NCBI GenBank assembly: GCA_963760515.1
Contig: CAVXDL010000016.1
Location: 1,129 to 65,128 of the forward strand
Reading direction: 5' to 3'
From: an uncultured Actinomycetota bacterium
GTDB taxonomy: Bacteria; Actinomycetota; Actinomycetes; Propionibacteriales; Nocardioidaceae
Length of the DNA stretch: 64,000 nucleotides
Position numbers and translations under genes: made by a program. Positions 18,493-27,661 of the stretch are shown here, one piece after another; the stretch's first letter is position 1; every line of letters starts with the position of its first letter. The notes below the pieces were generated by a model. That model was not told the origin of the DNA. It did not search any database and was given only the letters and a program-made list of their open reading frames with translations.

Positions 18493-19512
18493 ATGAAGAA
18501 GATCGGCTTCCTGTCCTTCGGCCACTGGAACCCCTCACCGCACTCCGCCACCCGCTCGGCGTCCGACGTGCTGCTCCAGTCGATCGACCTCGCGGTCGCC
18601 GCGGAGGAGGTGGGAGCCGACGGCGCCTACTTCCGCGTGCACCACTTCGCGCAGCAGCTGGCGTCGCCGTTCCCGCTGTTGGCGGCAGTGGGGGCCCGGA
18701 CCAGCCGGATCGAGATCGGGACCGGCGTCATCGACATGCGCTACGAGAACCCGCTCTACATGGCCGAGGACGCCGGCTCTGCCGACCTCATCTCCGGCGA
18801 GCGGCTGCAGCTCGGCATCAGCCGCGGTTCACCGGAGCAGGTCATCGACGGTTACCGCTACTTCGGTCACGAGCCCAAGCCCGGCGAGGACCACGCCGAC
18901 CTCGCGCGCGAGCACACCGCACGCTTCCTCGAGGTGCTCAAGGGCAGGGGGTTCGCCGAGCCCAACCCGCGCCCGATGTTCCCCAACCCACCAGGACTGC
19001 TGCGCATCGAGCCGCACTCGCCGACCCTGCGCGAGCGCATCTGGTGGGGCGCCGGCACCCGCGCCACCGCGGAGTGGACCGCGGCCCAGGGGATGAACCT
19101 GATGAGCTCGACCCTGCTCACCGAGGACACCGGCGTGCCCTTCCACCAGCTCCAGGCCGAGCAGATCGAGCGCTTCCACGCCGCCTGGTCGGACGCCGGC
19201 CACACCCGCGAGCCCCGCACCTCGGTGAGCCGCAGCATCTTCCCGATCGTCAACGCGACCGACCGCGCCTACTTCGGCGGCCAGGGCAGTGGCAGCGACC
19301 AGGTCGGCCACCTCGATGGCGGGAAGGCGCGCTTCGGCAAGACCTACGCCGCCGAGCCCGACCAGCTCATCGCCGAGCTCGCCGCCGACGAGGCGATCGC
19401 CGCCGCCGACACCCTGCTGCTGACGATCCCCAACCAGCTCGGCGTCGACTACTGCGCCCACGTGCTGGAGACGATCGTGCGCGACGTGGCGCCTGCCCTC
19501 GGGTGGCGCTGA
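18493..19512 (+). CDS. LLM-class flavin-dependent oxidoreductase (luciferase-like monooxygenase)
   Basis: MKKIGFLSFGHW...VGADGAYFRVHHF...RIEIGTGVIDMRYENPLYMAEDAG is typical of the LLM family. The start lies 7 nt after the preceding stop. Confidence 0.9.
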   Translation: MKKIGFLSFGHWNPSPHSATRSASDVLLQSIDLAVAAEEVGADGAYFRVHHFAQQLASPFPLLAAVGARTSRIEIGTGVIDMRYENPLYMAEDAGSADLISGERLQLGISRGSPEQVIDGYRYFGHEPKPGEDHADLAREHTARFLEVLKGRGFAEPNPRPMFPNPPGLLRIEPHSPTLRERIWWGAGTRATAEWTAAQGMNLMSSTLLTEDTGVPFHQLQAEQIERFHAAWSDAGHTREPRTSVSRSIFPIVNATDRAYFGGQGSGSDQVGHLDGGKARFGKTYAAEPDQLIAELAADEAIAAADTLLLTIPNQLGVDYCAHVLETIVRDVAPALGWR

Positions 19513-19519
19513 GGGGCAG

Positions 19520-20950
19520 TCAGTGCGCCATGTCGACGAAGCGGGAGTAGTGGCCCTGGAAGGCCACGGTGATGTCGCGGGTCGCGCCGTTGCGGTGCTT
19601 GGCGATGATCAGGTCGGCCTCGCCGGGGCGGGCTGACTCCTTCTCGTAGACGTCCTCGCGGTGCAGCAGGATCACCATGTCGGCGTCCTGCTCCAGCGAG
19701 CCGGACTCACGCAGGTCGCTCATCATCGGCTTCTTGTCCGCGCGCTGCTCCGGGCCACGGTTGAGCTGGGAGAGCGCGATGATCGGCAGCTCGAGCTCCT
19801 TGGCGAGCAGCTTGATCTGACGGGAGAACTCCGAGACCTCGAGCTGGCGCGACTCGACCTTCTTGCCCGACGACATCAGCTGCATGTAGTCGATGACGAT
19901 GAGGCGCAGGTCGTGGCGCTGCTTGAGGCGGCGTGCCTTGGCCCGGATCTCCATCATCGTCATGTTGGGCGAGTCGTCGATGAACATCGGGGCGCTGGAG
20001 ACCTTGCCCATGTGGCGGGCCAGCTTGTCCCAGTCGCCGGAGTCCATCTTGCCGTTGCGGATGTGGTTGAGCGGCACCTTCGCCTCAGCCGACAGCAGCC
20101 GCATCGAGATCTCCGAGCGCGTCATCTCGAGGCTGAAGAAGACGCTGGCGAGGTTGTTGTGGATGGAGGCTGCCCGGCACAGGTCGAGGGCGAAGGTGGA
20201 CTTACCCATCGCAGGTCGCGCGGCGACGATGATCATCTGACCCGAGTGCAGACCGTTGGTGAGGTCGTCGAGGTCGGCGAAGCCGGTGGGGACGCCGTAG
20301 AGGCCGGCCTCACGGTTCTCGATGGCCTCGATCTCGTCGAGGACCTTGTCCATGATGTCGCTCAGCGGCGCGTAGTCCTCCGAGGCGCGACGGTCGGTGA
20401 TCTGGTAGACCTCGGCCTGCGCGCGGTCGACGATGTCGTCGATCTGCCCCTCGCCGGCGTAGCCGTACTGGGCGATCTTGGTGCCGGCATCGACGAGGCG
20501 GCGCAGGATCGCGGTCTCGCGCACGATCTGGGCGTAGTACTCGGCATTGGCCGCGATCGGCACGTTGGCGGCGAGGGTGTGGAGATAGGGCGCGCCGCCG
20601 ATCTTGGCCAGCTCGCCTCGACGCTGGAGCTCGGCGGCGACCGTGATCATGTCGACGGGCTCGCCGCGACCGAAGAGGTCGATGATCGCGTCGTGGATCG
20701 TCTCGTGGGCGGGGCGGTAGAAGTCGGTGCCGCGCAGGACCTCGGAGACCTCGGCGATCGCGTCCTTGGAGATCAGCATCGAGCCGATCACCGACTGCTC
20801 GGCGGCCATGTCCTGGGGCGGCGTGCGGTCGCCCGGGGAGCGAGGCGCGTTGCCGGGCTCGAAGGCGGCCGGGCCGTCACCCCACCCGTCGAACGAGTCG
20901 TCGAACGGGGGGCTCGGCTCGTCCCGGTGGTCGGACTCGGTGACACTCAC
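19520..20950 (-). CDS. dnaB: replicative DNA helicase
   Basis: 476 aa with Walker A ARPAMGKSTFAL, IVIDYMQLM and SLEQDADMV. The sequence is contiguous, so there is no intein. Confidence 0.97.
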   Translation of the reverse strand: MSVTESDHRDEPSPPFDDSFDGWGDGPAAFEPGNAPRSPGDRTPPQDMAAEQSVIGSMLISKDAIAEVSEVLRGTDFYRPAHETIHDAIIDLFGRGEPVDMITVAAELQRRGELAKIGGAPYLHTLAANVPIAANAEYYAQIVRETAILRRLVDAGTKIAQYGYAGEGQIDDIVDRAQAEVYQITDRRASEDYAPLSDIMDKVLDEIEAIENREAGLYGVPTGFADLDDLTNGLHSGQMIIVAARPAMGKSTFALDLCRAASIHNNLASVFFSLEMTRSEISMRLLSAEAKVPLNHIRNGKMDSGDWDKLARHMGKVSSAPMFIDDSPNMTMMEIRAKARRLKQRHDLRLIVIDYMQLMSSGKKVESRQLEVSEFSRQIKLLAKELELPIIALSQLNRGPEQRADKKPMMSDLRESGSLEQDADMVILLHREDVYEKESARPGEADLIIAKHRNGATRDITVAFQGHYSRFVDMAH

Positions 20951-21129
20951 AACAGGCTCCCAGCGGCGCTTCTGGCGGGTGGATCGTCGGGCAGGTCTGC
21001 GGACGGATCAAACGGTGGATCGGACAGTGACGACGCTACGGCGGGCCACCGACACCCCGGCCGCGCCCGGCCGCTTCGATGGGGTCGTGTCGCGAACGTA
21101 CGGGGTTCCCTCGGCGCGGCGGAAGCGGC

Positions 21130-21377
21130 CTATCCACAGGCCCTGTGGATAACTGCCCGGGACCCGTGGACGACACGCGAAACGCTGTGCACAGCCTGGG
21201 GACACACCTGTGGAGAACTTGGGGATGCCGACCCTAAGTAGCGCGCTGACCTGCAGGAATGCGTATCCACCCATGTGGAGCGAAATCAGTTGCGCACCAA
21301 TATTGTTCACCGCGTGTTGGCCTCGGCGTGTCGCAGATGAATTGTCGACATCTGGAGGAACGAGGCCGCTATCCACA
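21130..21377. promoter_or_regulatory. DnaA-box cluster upstream of dnaB, including a 21-bp palindrome of two converging boxes
   Basis: CTATCCACA lies at 21130-21138 and TGTGGATAA (= TTATCCACA) at 21144-21152; together they form TATCCACAGG c CCTGTGGATA. A second CTATCCACA lies at 21369-21377. Weaker boxes are TGTGGAGAA 21209-21217, GTATCCACC 21263-21271 and ATGTGGAGC 21273-21281. The region is locally low in GC. Confidence 0.5.
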
Positions 21378-21422
21378 GGTACCGGCGTGTTTTCCACCAC
21401 CCCGAGCGCATACATTGCGCGG

Positions 21423-22760
21423 GTGCAGGGCATAGACCGGCGGATCATCCACCTCGCCGTCCCGGCGTTCCTCGCCCTGGTCGCCGAGCCGCTGTTCCTG
21501 CTCGCCGACGCCGCCGTCGTGGGGCGGCTGGGCAGCGCTGAGCTCGCCGGGCTCGGCATCGCGGCTGTCATCTTGCAGACCGCGGTCGGCGTGTGCGTCT
21601 TCCTCGCCTACGGCACGACCGGGAGCGTCGCTCGACGACTCGGGGCGGGCGACCTGCGCGGCGCCCTCGCCCAGGGGATCGACGGGCTGTGGCTCGCCGT
21701 CCTCCTCGGCGTCCTGCTCACCGCCGGCACCGCACCGCTCGCGGGTCGGCTCGTGGCACTGTTCCGGGTGAGCCCCGAGGTGGCCGAGCAGGCGGTGGCC
21801 TACCTGCGCATCGGCATCCTCGGGATCACCCCGCTCCTGCTGATGCTCGCCGCGACCGGGGTGCTGCGCGGGCTCCAGGACACCCGCACGCCGCTGGTCG
21901 TCGCCATCGCCGGCAACGCCCTCAACGTCGTCCTCAACGTGGTGCTGGTCTACGGCGCGGGCCCGGTTCCCGCGCTCGGCATCGCCGGCAGCGCCCTGGG
22001 GTCGGTCATCGCCCAGTGGGCCTCGGCCGCCGCGCTGGTGGCGGTCGTCGTGCGCGGAGCCCGGCGCCACGACGCGTCGCTGCGACCCGACGTGCCGGGC
22101 ATCCGCGCCGCCGGACGCGCCGGCGTCGCCCTGGTCGTGCGCACGCTCACCCTGCGCGCCGCGCTGCTCGTCACGACGTACGCCGTCAGCCTCGGCGCCG
22201 GCGGTCGTGCCGACGAGCTCGCCACCCACCAGCTCGCGCTGACGCTCTGGGGCTTCCTGGCGTTCGTCCTCGACGCCCTCGCGATCGCCGCGCAGGCCAT
22301 GACGGGCCGCCTGCTCGGCGCCGGCGACGTGGCCGGCACCCGCGCGCTGCTGCGCCGCCTGCTGCAGTGGGGCGTGTGGGGTGGCGTCGCCACCGGCGTG
22401 CTCCTCGCCGCCCTGAGCCCGCTGCTCGGCCCCGCCTTCACCGGGCGGTCCGACCTCGGCCCACTGCTGGTGCCCGTGCTGATCGTCGCCGCGCTGGGTC
22501 AACCACTCGCCGGGGTCGTGTTCGTGCTCGACGGCGTGCTGATCGGCGCCGGCGACGGTCGCTACCTGGCCTGGGCCGGCGCCGTGGTCCTCGTGGTCTA
22601 CGCCCCGCTCGCGCTGGTGCTCGTCGGGCTCGGCGGCGGACTGCTCACGGTGTGGCTCTGCTTCGTGACCGTCTTCATGGGCGGCCGCTTCGTCACCCTG
22701 ACCCGCCGCGCGCGCTCCGACGACTGGCTCGTCACCGGGATCGCCGGCCGCGCCCGCTGA
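21423..22760 (+). CDS. MATE family efflux transporter
   Basis: ORF 21210..22760 reads IIHLAVPAFLALVAEPLFLLADAAVVGRLG..., a 12-TM MATE pattern. GTG 21423 is the likely start. Confidence 0.85.
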   Translation: MQGIDRRIIHLAVPAFLALVAEPLFLLADAAVVGRLGSAELAGLGIAAVILQTAVGVCVFLAYGTTGSVARRLGAGDLRGALAQGIDGLWLAVLLGVLLTAGTAPLAGRLVALFRVSPEVAEQAVAYLRIGILGITPLLLMLAATGVLRGLQDTRTPLVVAIAGNALNVVLNVVLVYGAGPVPALGIAGSALGSVIAQWASAAALVAVVVRGARRHDASLRPDVPGIRAAGRAGVALVVRTLTLRAALLVTTYAVSLGAGGRADELATHQLALTLWGFLAFVLDALAIAAQAMTGRLLGAGDVAGTRALLRRLLQWGVWGGVATGVLLAALSPLLGPAFTGRSDLGPLLVPVLIVAALGQPLAGVVFVLDGVLIGAGDGRYLAWAGAVVLVVYAPLALVLVGLGGGLLTVWLCFVTVFMGGRFVTLTRRARSDDWLVTGIAGRAR

Positions 22761-22828
22761 GTCGGCGCACTTGTGCGCCGACTCACCTCCCACCCTGCCG
22801 AGTCGGCGCACTTGTGCGCCGACTCACC
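22759..22828. terminator. tandem duplicated hairpin (2 x 41 bp; 12-bp stems) overlapping the MATE stop codon
   Basis: GAGTCGGCGCAC tt GTGCGCCGACTC lies at 22759-22784 and again at 22800-22825. The spacers tcccaccctgcc and gcccgtcctgcc are also related. Confidence 0.8.
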
Positions 22829-22900
22829 GCCCGTCCTGCCCCCTCCGTGACCAGTCCGTCGCTGCCCCGTCCATCTCCCTGCTGAGGAAAGGGACGGGGG

Positions 22901-23476
22901 GTGTCTCCTACAGTGCAGGGCGTGAAGCCACTGCAGTCGATCGCGATGGGCTACGTCGTCATCGCCCTCTATGCGCGGTTCGGCTCCTACGACCTCCTCG
23001 CCGACCCGCTCGGCTGGGTGCTGGTGCTGCTGGGCGTACGCCGGCTGCCGGTCACCATCGACACCCGCGTGCTCACCGTCCTCGGCGGACTGGCGTTCGC
23101 GGTCTCGATCCCGATCTGGATCCCCGAGGTCGTCGAGGCGCTCGGACGCGAGGACCCCTCGCTCGCCTGGGCCGCCGACCTGCCGGCCTTCGCCTTCACC
23201 GCGATGCTCCTCCACCTGCTCGGGCAGGCCGCCCTCGCGGCGCGCGATCGCGGCGCCGGCAGGAGCCTGCGCCTGCTCATGGTCGCCACCGTCGTCGTCG
23301 CACTGCTGCCGGTGCTGATCTTCGGCGCCGGCTGGAGCGGCCTGACCGCCACCGCCAGCGCGGTCGCCGAGCTGCTCCAGCTCGTCACCATCGTGGCGCT
23401 CTTCGTCTTCGCCTCCCGCGGCTGGGCGCTGCCCGCGATCGAGGAAACGGCCACGAAGTCGGCCGGTAGTTCGTAA
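22901..23476 (+). CDS. hypothetical integral membrane protein
   Basis: 191-aa ORF with about 5-6 hydrophobic helices (GYVVIALYARF..., WVLVLLGV..., LLMVATVVVALLPVLIF...). I recognise no family. Confidence 0.6.
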   Translation: MSPTVQGVKPLQSIAMGYVVIALYARFGSYDLLADPLGWVLVLLGVRRLPVTIDTRVLTVLGGLAFAVSIPIWIPEVVEALGREDPSLAWAADLPAFAFTAMLLHLLGQAALAARDRGAGRSLRLLMVATVVVALLPVLIFGAGWSGLTATASAVAELLQLVTIVALFVFASRGWALPAIEETATKSAGSS

Positions 23477-23527
23477 CCTGACCTCGTGGGTCGCCGTCGT
23501 CCGACCCCGGATGAGGACACGAACGTC

Positions 23528-24706
23528 ATGCCACCCCTCCCCCCGCGCCGCCTCGTCGTCGGCTCACTCGTCGTGCTCGTCGCCGCCGCGCTGCCCCTGG
23601 CGGCTCCGGTCAGCGGGGTCCAGGCCGACGAGCCGTGCCTGACCGAGGTCGTCACCGGCACCACCCTGAGCGACCCCGGGTCGCGGTGCGATGACGCCAA
23701 CGCTCCCGAGACCCGCCTGACCGACGCCGAGCCCTACGCCAACCGCCGCGGCTACCTCGCTCAGGACACCCTGCGCATCGACTTCGCCGGCAGCCACGTC
23801 GACACCGACGCCGACCCGATCACCTTCGAGTGCCAGCTCTACCGCACGCCCGCACCCCCGGCTGAGTGGGAGGCCTGCTCCAGCCCGATCACCTACACCG
23901 GCCTCGACGAGACCGAGGAGACGCCCTACACGTTCCGGGCTCGTGCCGTCGACGAGGCCGACCGCAACATCGACGCCACGGCCGGCGGTGGGCTCTTCCA
24001 GCCGACGCCTGCTCCCACCGACCTCCCCGACCTCGACGAGACCCCGTCAGCGGTGTCGTTCTACGTCGACACGATCGCGCCCAACACCTTCGTCTTCGAC
24101 GGTCCCTACGACCAGGTCACCCCCGAGTTCCCGATGTCGACCCAGCGTCACCCGCAGGTGGAGCTGACCTCCAACGAGCCGGACGCCGTGTTCACCTGCT
24201 CGGTCTCCGGCCGACCGGTTGCCTGCGAGACGGGCGGGCGTACGACGCTGCGCGGTCTTCGTCCCGGCGATCACGTGCTCCGCGTCGCGGCCACCGACCC
24301 GGCCGGCAACATCGACCCCACGCCGACGACCATGCCCTTCTCGCTCCCTCGCAACCTCGGCCCGCGCCACGGACAGGGCTGGACCAAGGTGAGGGCCCGC
24401 GGTGACCACTACGCAGGCGACTACCTCGCCAGCACGCGGCGTGGCTCCACGCTGACCGTGCGCGCCCGCAACGCCGGCGAGCTGCGGGTGGTCGCCCCGA
24501 CCGGTCGCCGCCTCGGCCGCCTCGAGATCCAGGTGGGCGCCCAGGCGTCCTGGGTGCCGCTCGACCAGGTGTCGGCCGACGAGCAGAGCTTCGCCGTGGT
24601 CTACCAGCGCTTCTTCGGCCGCAAGTTCACCGGCAAGATCTCGATCCGGGCGTTGCGCGCGCGTACGTCGCGCCCGGCCCTGGTCGACGCCGTCCTCCTG
24701 CACTGA
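23528..24706 (+). CDS. secreted hypothetical protein with Ig-like repeats
   Basis: The ATG at 23528 gives the signal peptide MPPLPPRRLVVGSLVVLVAAALPLAAPVSGVQA. There are two internal repeats (FECQLYR..YTFRARAVDEADRNIDAT and FTCSVSG..HVLRVAATDPAGNIDPTP). Confidence 0.7.
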   Translation: MPPLPPRRLVVGSLVVLVAAALPLAAPVSGVQADEPCLTEVVTGTTLSDPGSRCDDANAPETRLTDAEPYANRRGYLAQDTLRIDFAGSHVDTDADPITFECQLYRTPAPPAEWEACSSPITYTGLDETEETPYTFRARAVDEADRNIDATAGGGLFQPTPAPTDLPDLDETPSAVSFYVDTIAPNTFVFDGPYDQVTPEFPMSTQRHPQVELTSNEPDAVFTCSVSGRPVACETGGRTTLRGLRPGDHVLRVAATDPAGNIDPTPTTMPFSLPRNLGPRHGQGWTKVRARGDHYAGDYLASTRRGSTLTVRARNAGELRVVAPTGRRLGRLEIQVGAQASWVPLDQVSADEQSFAVVYQRFFGRKFTGKISIRALRARTSRPALVDAVLLH

Positions 24707-24741
24707 GACCTGGCCACGCACGCACGGCCGCAGACGCACGA

Positions 24742-24771
24742 CAGCCGCCCCCGGAGAACCGGGAGCGGCTG
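24742..24771. terminator. hairpin between the convergent secreted-protein gene and rplI
   Basis: CAGCCGCCCCCGG agaa CCGGGAGCGGCTG (12 of 13 bp paired). Confidence 0.6.
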
Positions 24772-24795
24772 TGGTGGTGGAGCGAGTGCTGCAGG

Positions 24796-25242
24796 TCAGG
24801 CAGGGATGACGTTGAGGGCCACCGAGGCCGACACGTCGTCGTGGAGCTTGACCGCGATCTGGTGCGACCCGAGCGACTTGATCGGGTTGGTCACCACGAT
24901 CGTCCGCTTGTCGACCGGCTCGCCGGCGACCTCGGTGAGGACGTCGGCGATGTCGGTGACGGTGACCGCTCCGAAGAGCCGGCCCTCGGCACCCGAGCGG
25001 ACCTTGAGGTCCACCGGCTGTGCCTGGAGCTTGGACTGCAGCTCGGCGGCGTGACCCTGGTCGCGCACCGAGCGCGAGGCACGGGCGGCCTTGATGGAGT
25101 CGACCTGCTTCTGACCGCCCTTGGTCCAACGCACGGCAACGCCGCGCGGGACGAGGTAGTTACGGCCGTAGCCGTTCTTGACCTCGACGATGTCACCGGC
25201 AGAGCCGAGACCGTCGACCTCCTGGGTGAGGATGAGTTTCAT
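24796..25242 (-). CDS. rplI: 50S ribosomal protein L9
   Basis: [34 protein letters not shown]... Confidence 0.97.
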   Translation of the reverse strand: MKLILTQEVDGLGSAGDIVEVKNGYGRNYLVPRGVAVRWTKGGQKQVDSIKAARASRSVRDQGHAAELQSKLQAQPVDLKVRSGAEGRLFGAVTVTDIADVLTEVAGEPVDKRTIVVTNPIKSLGSHQIAVKLHDDVSASVALNVIPA

Positions 25243-25266
25243 CTGTTCAGCCCTTCTTCTCGGAGG

Positions 25267-25503
25267 TCAGCGACCGGTGGAGGTGTAGGGCAGCAGAGCA
25301 ACCTCGCGGGCGTTCTTGACCGCGATAGCTACGTCCCGCTGGTGCTGGACGCAGTTACCGGTCACACGCCGCGCGCGGATCTTGCCACGGTCGGAGATGA
25401 ACTTGCGGAGGAGCGGGGTGTCCTTGTAGTCGACACCGGTCGCCTTCTCCTTGCAGAACTGGCAAACCTTCTTCTTGGGCTTGCGCATCACTGCCTTGGC
25501 CAT
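25267..25503 (-). CDS. rpsR: 30S ribosomal protein S18
   Basis: [20 protein letters not shown]...[28 protein letters not shown]. Confidence 0.97.
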   Translation of the reverse strand: MAKAVMRKPKKKVCQFCKEKATGVDYKDTPLLRKFISDRGKIRARRVTGNCVQHQRDVAIAVKNAREVALLPYTSTGR

Positions 25504-25582
25504 TGTGGTGCTTCCTCTCTAGAAGCCCGGCGCAAAGTGCCGGAATGGGTGCGGATGTGCGGATGGGCGGTGTGGTGCTGGA

Positions 25583-26164
25583 TCAGAACGGGGGCTCGTC
25601 AGAGCCCACGCCGGGTGCGCCCCACGGGTCGGCGCCCTGGTTGGGCGCGCCTCCGGCCGGACGGGCCTGGGCGGGCGTGGCCCACGGGTCGTCGGCCGGC
25701 TGGCCGCCCCCGTAACCGCCGCCGCCACTGGGACGCTGGCCACCCTGGTTGCCCTGACCGCCCTGGCCGCCGCCGGAGTAGCCCCCGCCGCCGCCGGAGC
25801 GGCTGGCGCGGGTCACCTTGGCGGTGGCAAAGGCGAGGGAGGGACCGACCTCGTCGACCTCGAGCTCGTAGACGGTGCGCTTCTCACCTTCACGGGTCTC
25901 GTAGGAGCGCTGCTTGAGCCGCCCCTGCACGACGACGCGCATGCCCTTCTGCAGCGACTCGGCGACGTTCTCGGCCGCCTGGCGCCACACGGCGCAGGAA
26001 AGGAACAGCGCGTCGCCGTCCTTCCACTCGTTGCTCTGCTTGTCGAAGGTGCGCGGCGTCGACGCGATCCGGAAGTTGGCCACGGCCGCCCCCGAGGGGG
26101 TGAAGCGCAGCTCCGGGTCGTCGACGAGGTTGCCGACGACGGTGATGACGGTCTCGCCTGCCAT
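25583..26164 (-). CDS. ssb: single-stranded DNA-binding protein
   Basis: [36 protein letters not shown]..., a Gly-rich linker and the acidic tip DEPPF. Confidence 0.97.
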   Translation of the reverse strand: MAGETVITVVGNLVDDPELRFTPSGAAVANFRIASTPRTFDKQSNEWKDGDALFLSCAVWRQAAENVAESLQKGMRVVVQGRLKQRSYETREGEKRTVYELEVDEVGPSLAFATAKVTRASRSGGGGGYSGGGQGGQGNQGGQRPSGGGGYGGGQPADDPWATPAQARPAGGAPNQGADPWGAPGVGSDEPPF

Positions 26165-26319
26165 GTCAGGTCTCCTGAGGTTGGGTGCTCGGTTCCGTAC
26201 TGAGATCCGATGTGTTGTCGGCGCTCATGCTTGCGCGTGGCACCGACAACGGGAAGTACTTCTCCACAGCTGCCCGGTCAGACCGGACGGTTGCGGGACG
26301 TGCCGCTGATCGGGATCGA

Positions 26320-26610
26320 TCAGTGAGCGTCGGGGCGAAGCACCTTGGTGCGCAGGATCGACTCGTTGAGCGTGAGCTGGCGGTCGAACTCCTTGACCGT
26401 GGCCGGCTCGGCCTGCAGGTTGATGACGGCGTAGATGCCCTCAGCGTTCTTCTTGATCTCGTAGGACAGGCGACGCCGGCCCCACACCTCGACCTTGTCG
26501 ACCGAGCCGCCGTCCTTGCGGATGACGTTCAGGTACTTGTCGAGCGACGGCTCGACCGTGCGCTCTTCGAGACTGGGGTCGAGGATGACCATGACTTCAT
26601 AGGCACGCAT
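26320..26610 (-). CDS. rpsF: 30S ribosomal protein S6
   Basis: [19 protein letters not shown]... from the ATG at 26610, with an AGGAGG RBS 10 nt upstream. Confidence 0.95.
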   Translation of the reverse strand: MRAYEVMVILDPSLEERTVEPSLDKYLNVIRKDGGSVDKVEVWGRRRLSYEIKKNAEGIYAVINLQAEPATVKEFDRQLTLNESILRTKVLRPDAH

Positions 26611-26664
26611 AGCGGACCCACCTCCTCTGGACTCAGCGGCCACGGTCTCTCCGTGGCAGGAGGG
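26611..26664 (-). promoter_or_regulatory. candidate rpsF 5' leader (SD-sequestering structure)
   Basis: The minus-strand RNA reads CCCUCCU-GCCACGG-agaga-CCGUGGC-(12 nt)-AGGAGG-10 nt-AUG. The anti-SD CCUCCU (from 26658-26663) can pair with the SD (from 26621-26626) around a 7-bp hairpin (26639-26657). Confidence 0.4.
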
Positions 26665-26829
26665 CCTTCATCCGAGCACCATCTCCCCATCGGTGGGGTG
26701 GCCACAAGGACAGCGCAGATTAACAGCGCGCGGGCCCGGCCCTGAAATCGCAGCCCTCCGGCCCGTCGGCGCGCGACTGCCCACGGGACGGCCGACCCGG
26801 GCGTCGGTGGCGGTTCCTAGAGTGAGGTC

Positions 26830-27624
26830 ATGAGCATCGCCATCGGAGCCCACGTCGACCAGACCGACCCGCTCGCGGAGGCCGCGGCCCGCCAGGCGCC
26901 GCTCGTGCAGTTCTTCCTCGGCGACCCGCAGAGCTACAAGGGCCCCGTGATCGCCTACGCCGGGGGCGCCGAGGCACTGCGCGCCGACGCCGCTGCTGCC
27001 GGGGTCGACCTCTACGTCCACGCGCCCTACATCATCAACGTCGCCACCACGAACAACCGGATCCGGATCCCGAGCCGCAAGCTCCTGCAGCAGCACGTCG
27101 ATGCCGCCGCGAGCATCGGCGCGAAGGGCCTGATCGTCCACGGGGGCCACGTCAACAAGACCGACGACCCCGCGGTCGGCTTCGACAACTGGCGCAAGGC
27201 CATCGAGGCCACCGACCTCAAGCTCCCGCTGCTCATCGAGAACACCGCCGGCGGCGACCACGCCATGACCCGCCACCTCGAGCGCATCGCCGGCGTCTGG
27301 GACGCGATCTCGAGCACCGAGCAGGCCGACCGGGTCGGGTTCTGCCTCGACACCTGCCACGCCCACGCCGGCGGCAACGCCCTGGAGACGGTCGTGGCCG
27401 ACGTCCTGGCCGTCACCGGCCGGATCGACCTGGTGCACTGCAACGACAGCCGCGACGCCTTCGACTCCGGCGCCGACCGGCACGCCAACTTCGGCGCCGG
27501 GCAGATCGACCCCGACCTGCTCGCCGCCGTGGTGCGCGACGCCGGTGCGCCGGTGATCTGCGAGACCCCCGGCGGGGCGAGCGAGCACGCTGCTGACTTC
27601 GCGTGGCTGCAGGGACGGCTGTGA
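26830..27624 (+). CDS. nfo: deoxyribonuclease IV (endonuclease IV family AP endonuclease)
   Basis: 264 aa with YVHAPYIINVA, LIVHGG, IENTAGG, CLDTCHAHAGG and HCNDS, which is the Nfo metal-ligand pattern. Confidence 0.8.
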   Translation: MSIAIGAHVDQTDPLAEAAARQAPLVQFFLGDPQSYKGPVIAYAGGAEALRADAAAAGVDLYVHAPYIINVATTNNRIRIPSRKLLQQHVDAAASIGAKGLIVHGGHVNKTDDPAVGFDNWRKAIEATDLKLPLLIENTAGGDHAMTRHLERIAGVWDAISSTEQADRVGFCLDTCHAHAGGNALETVVADVLAVTGRIDLVHCNDSRDAFDSGADRHANFGAGQIDPDLLAAVVRDAGAPVICETPGGASEHAADFAWLQGRL

Positions 27625-27661
27625 CCTCCGGCGCTCAGCTCCCACCCGATAGCCTCACCAC

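Noticed and set aside
19520-20950. Intein in DnaB (common in actinobacteria)
   Set aside because: The 476-aa sequence is contiguous helicase with no insertion between the Walker motifs.
19661-21241. 526-aa ORF antisense to dnaB; also 21369..22811 antisense to the MATE gene
   Set aside because: The composition is shadow-ORF-like, and the opposite strand encodes full-length, motif-bearing DnaB and MATE.
22759-22828. Possible mini-CRISPR (repeated palindrome with spacer)
   Set aside because: There are only two copies, the spacer is 12-15 nt and the spacers are related to each other, and there are no cas genes. It is a tandem duplication of a terminator.
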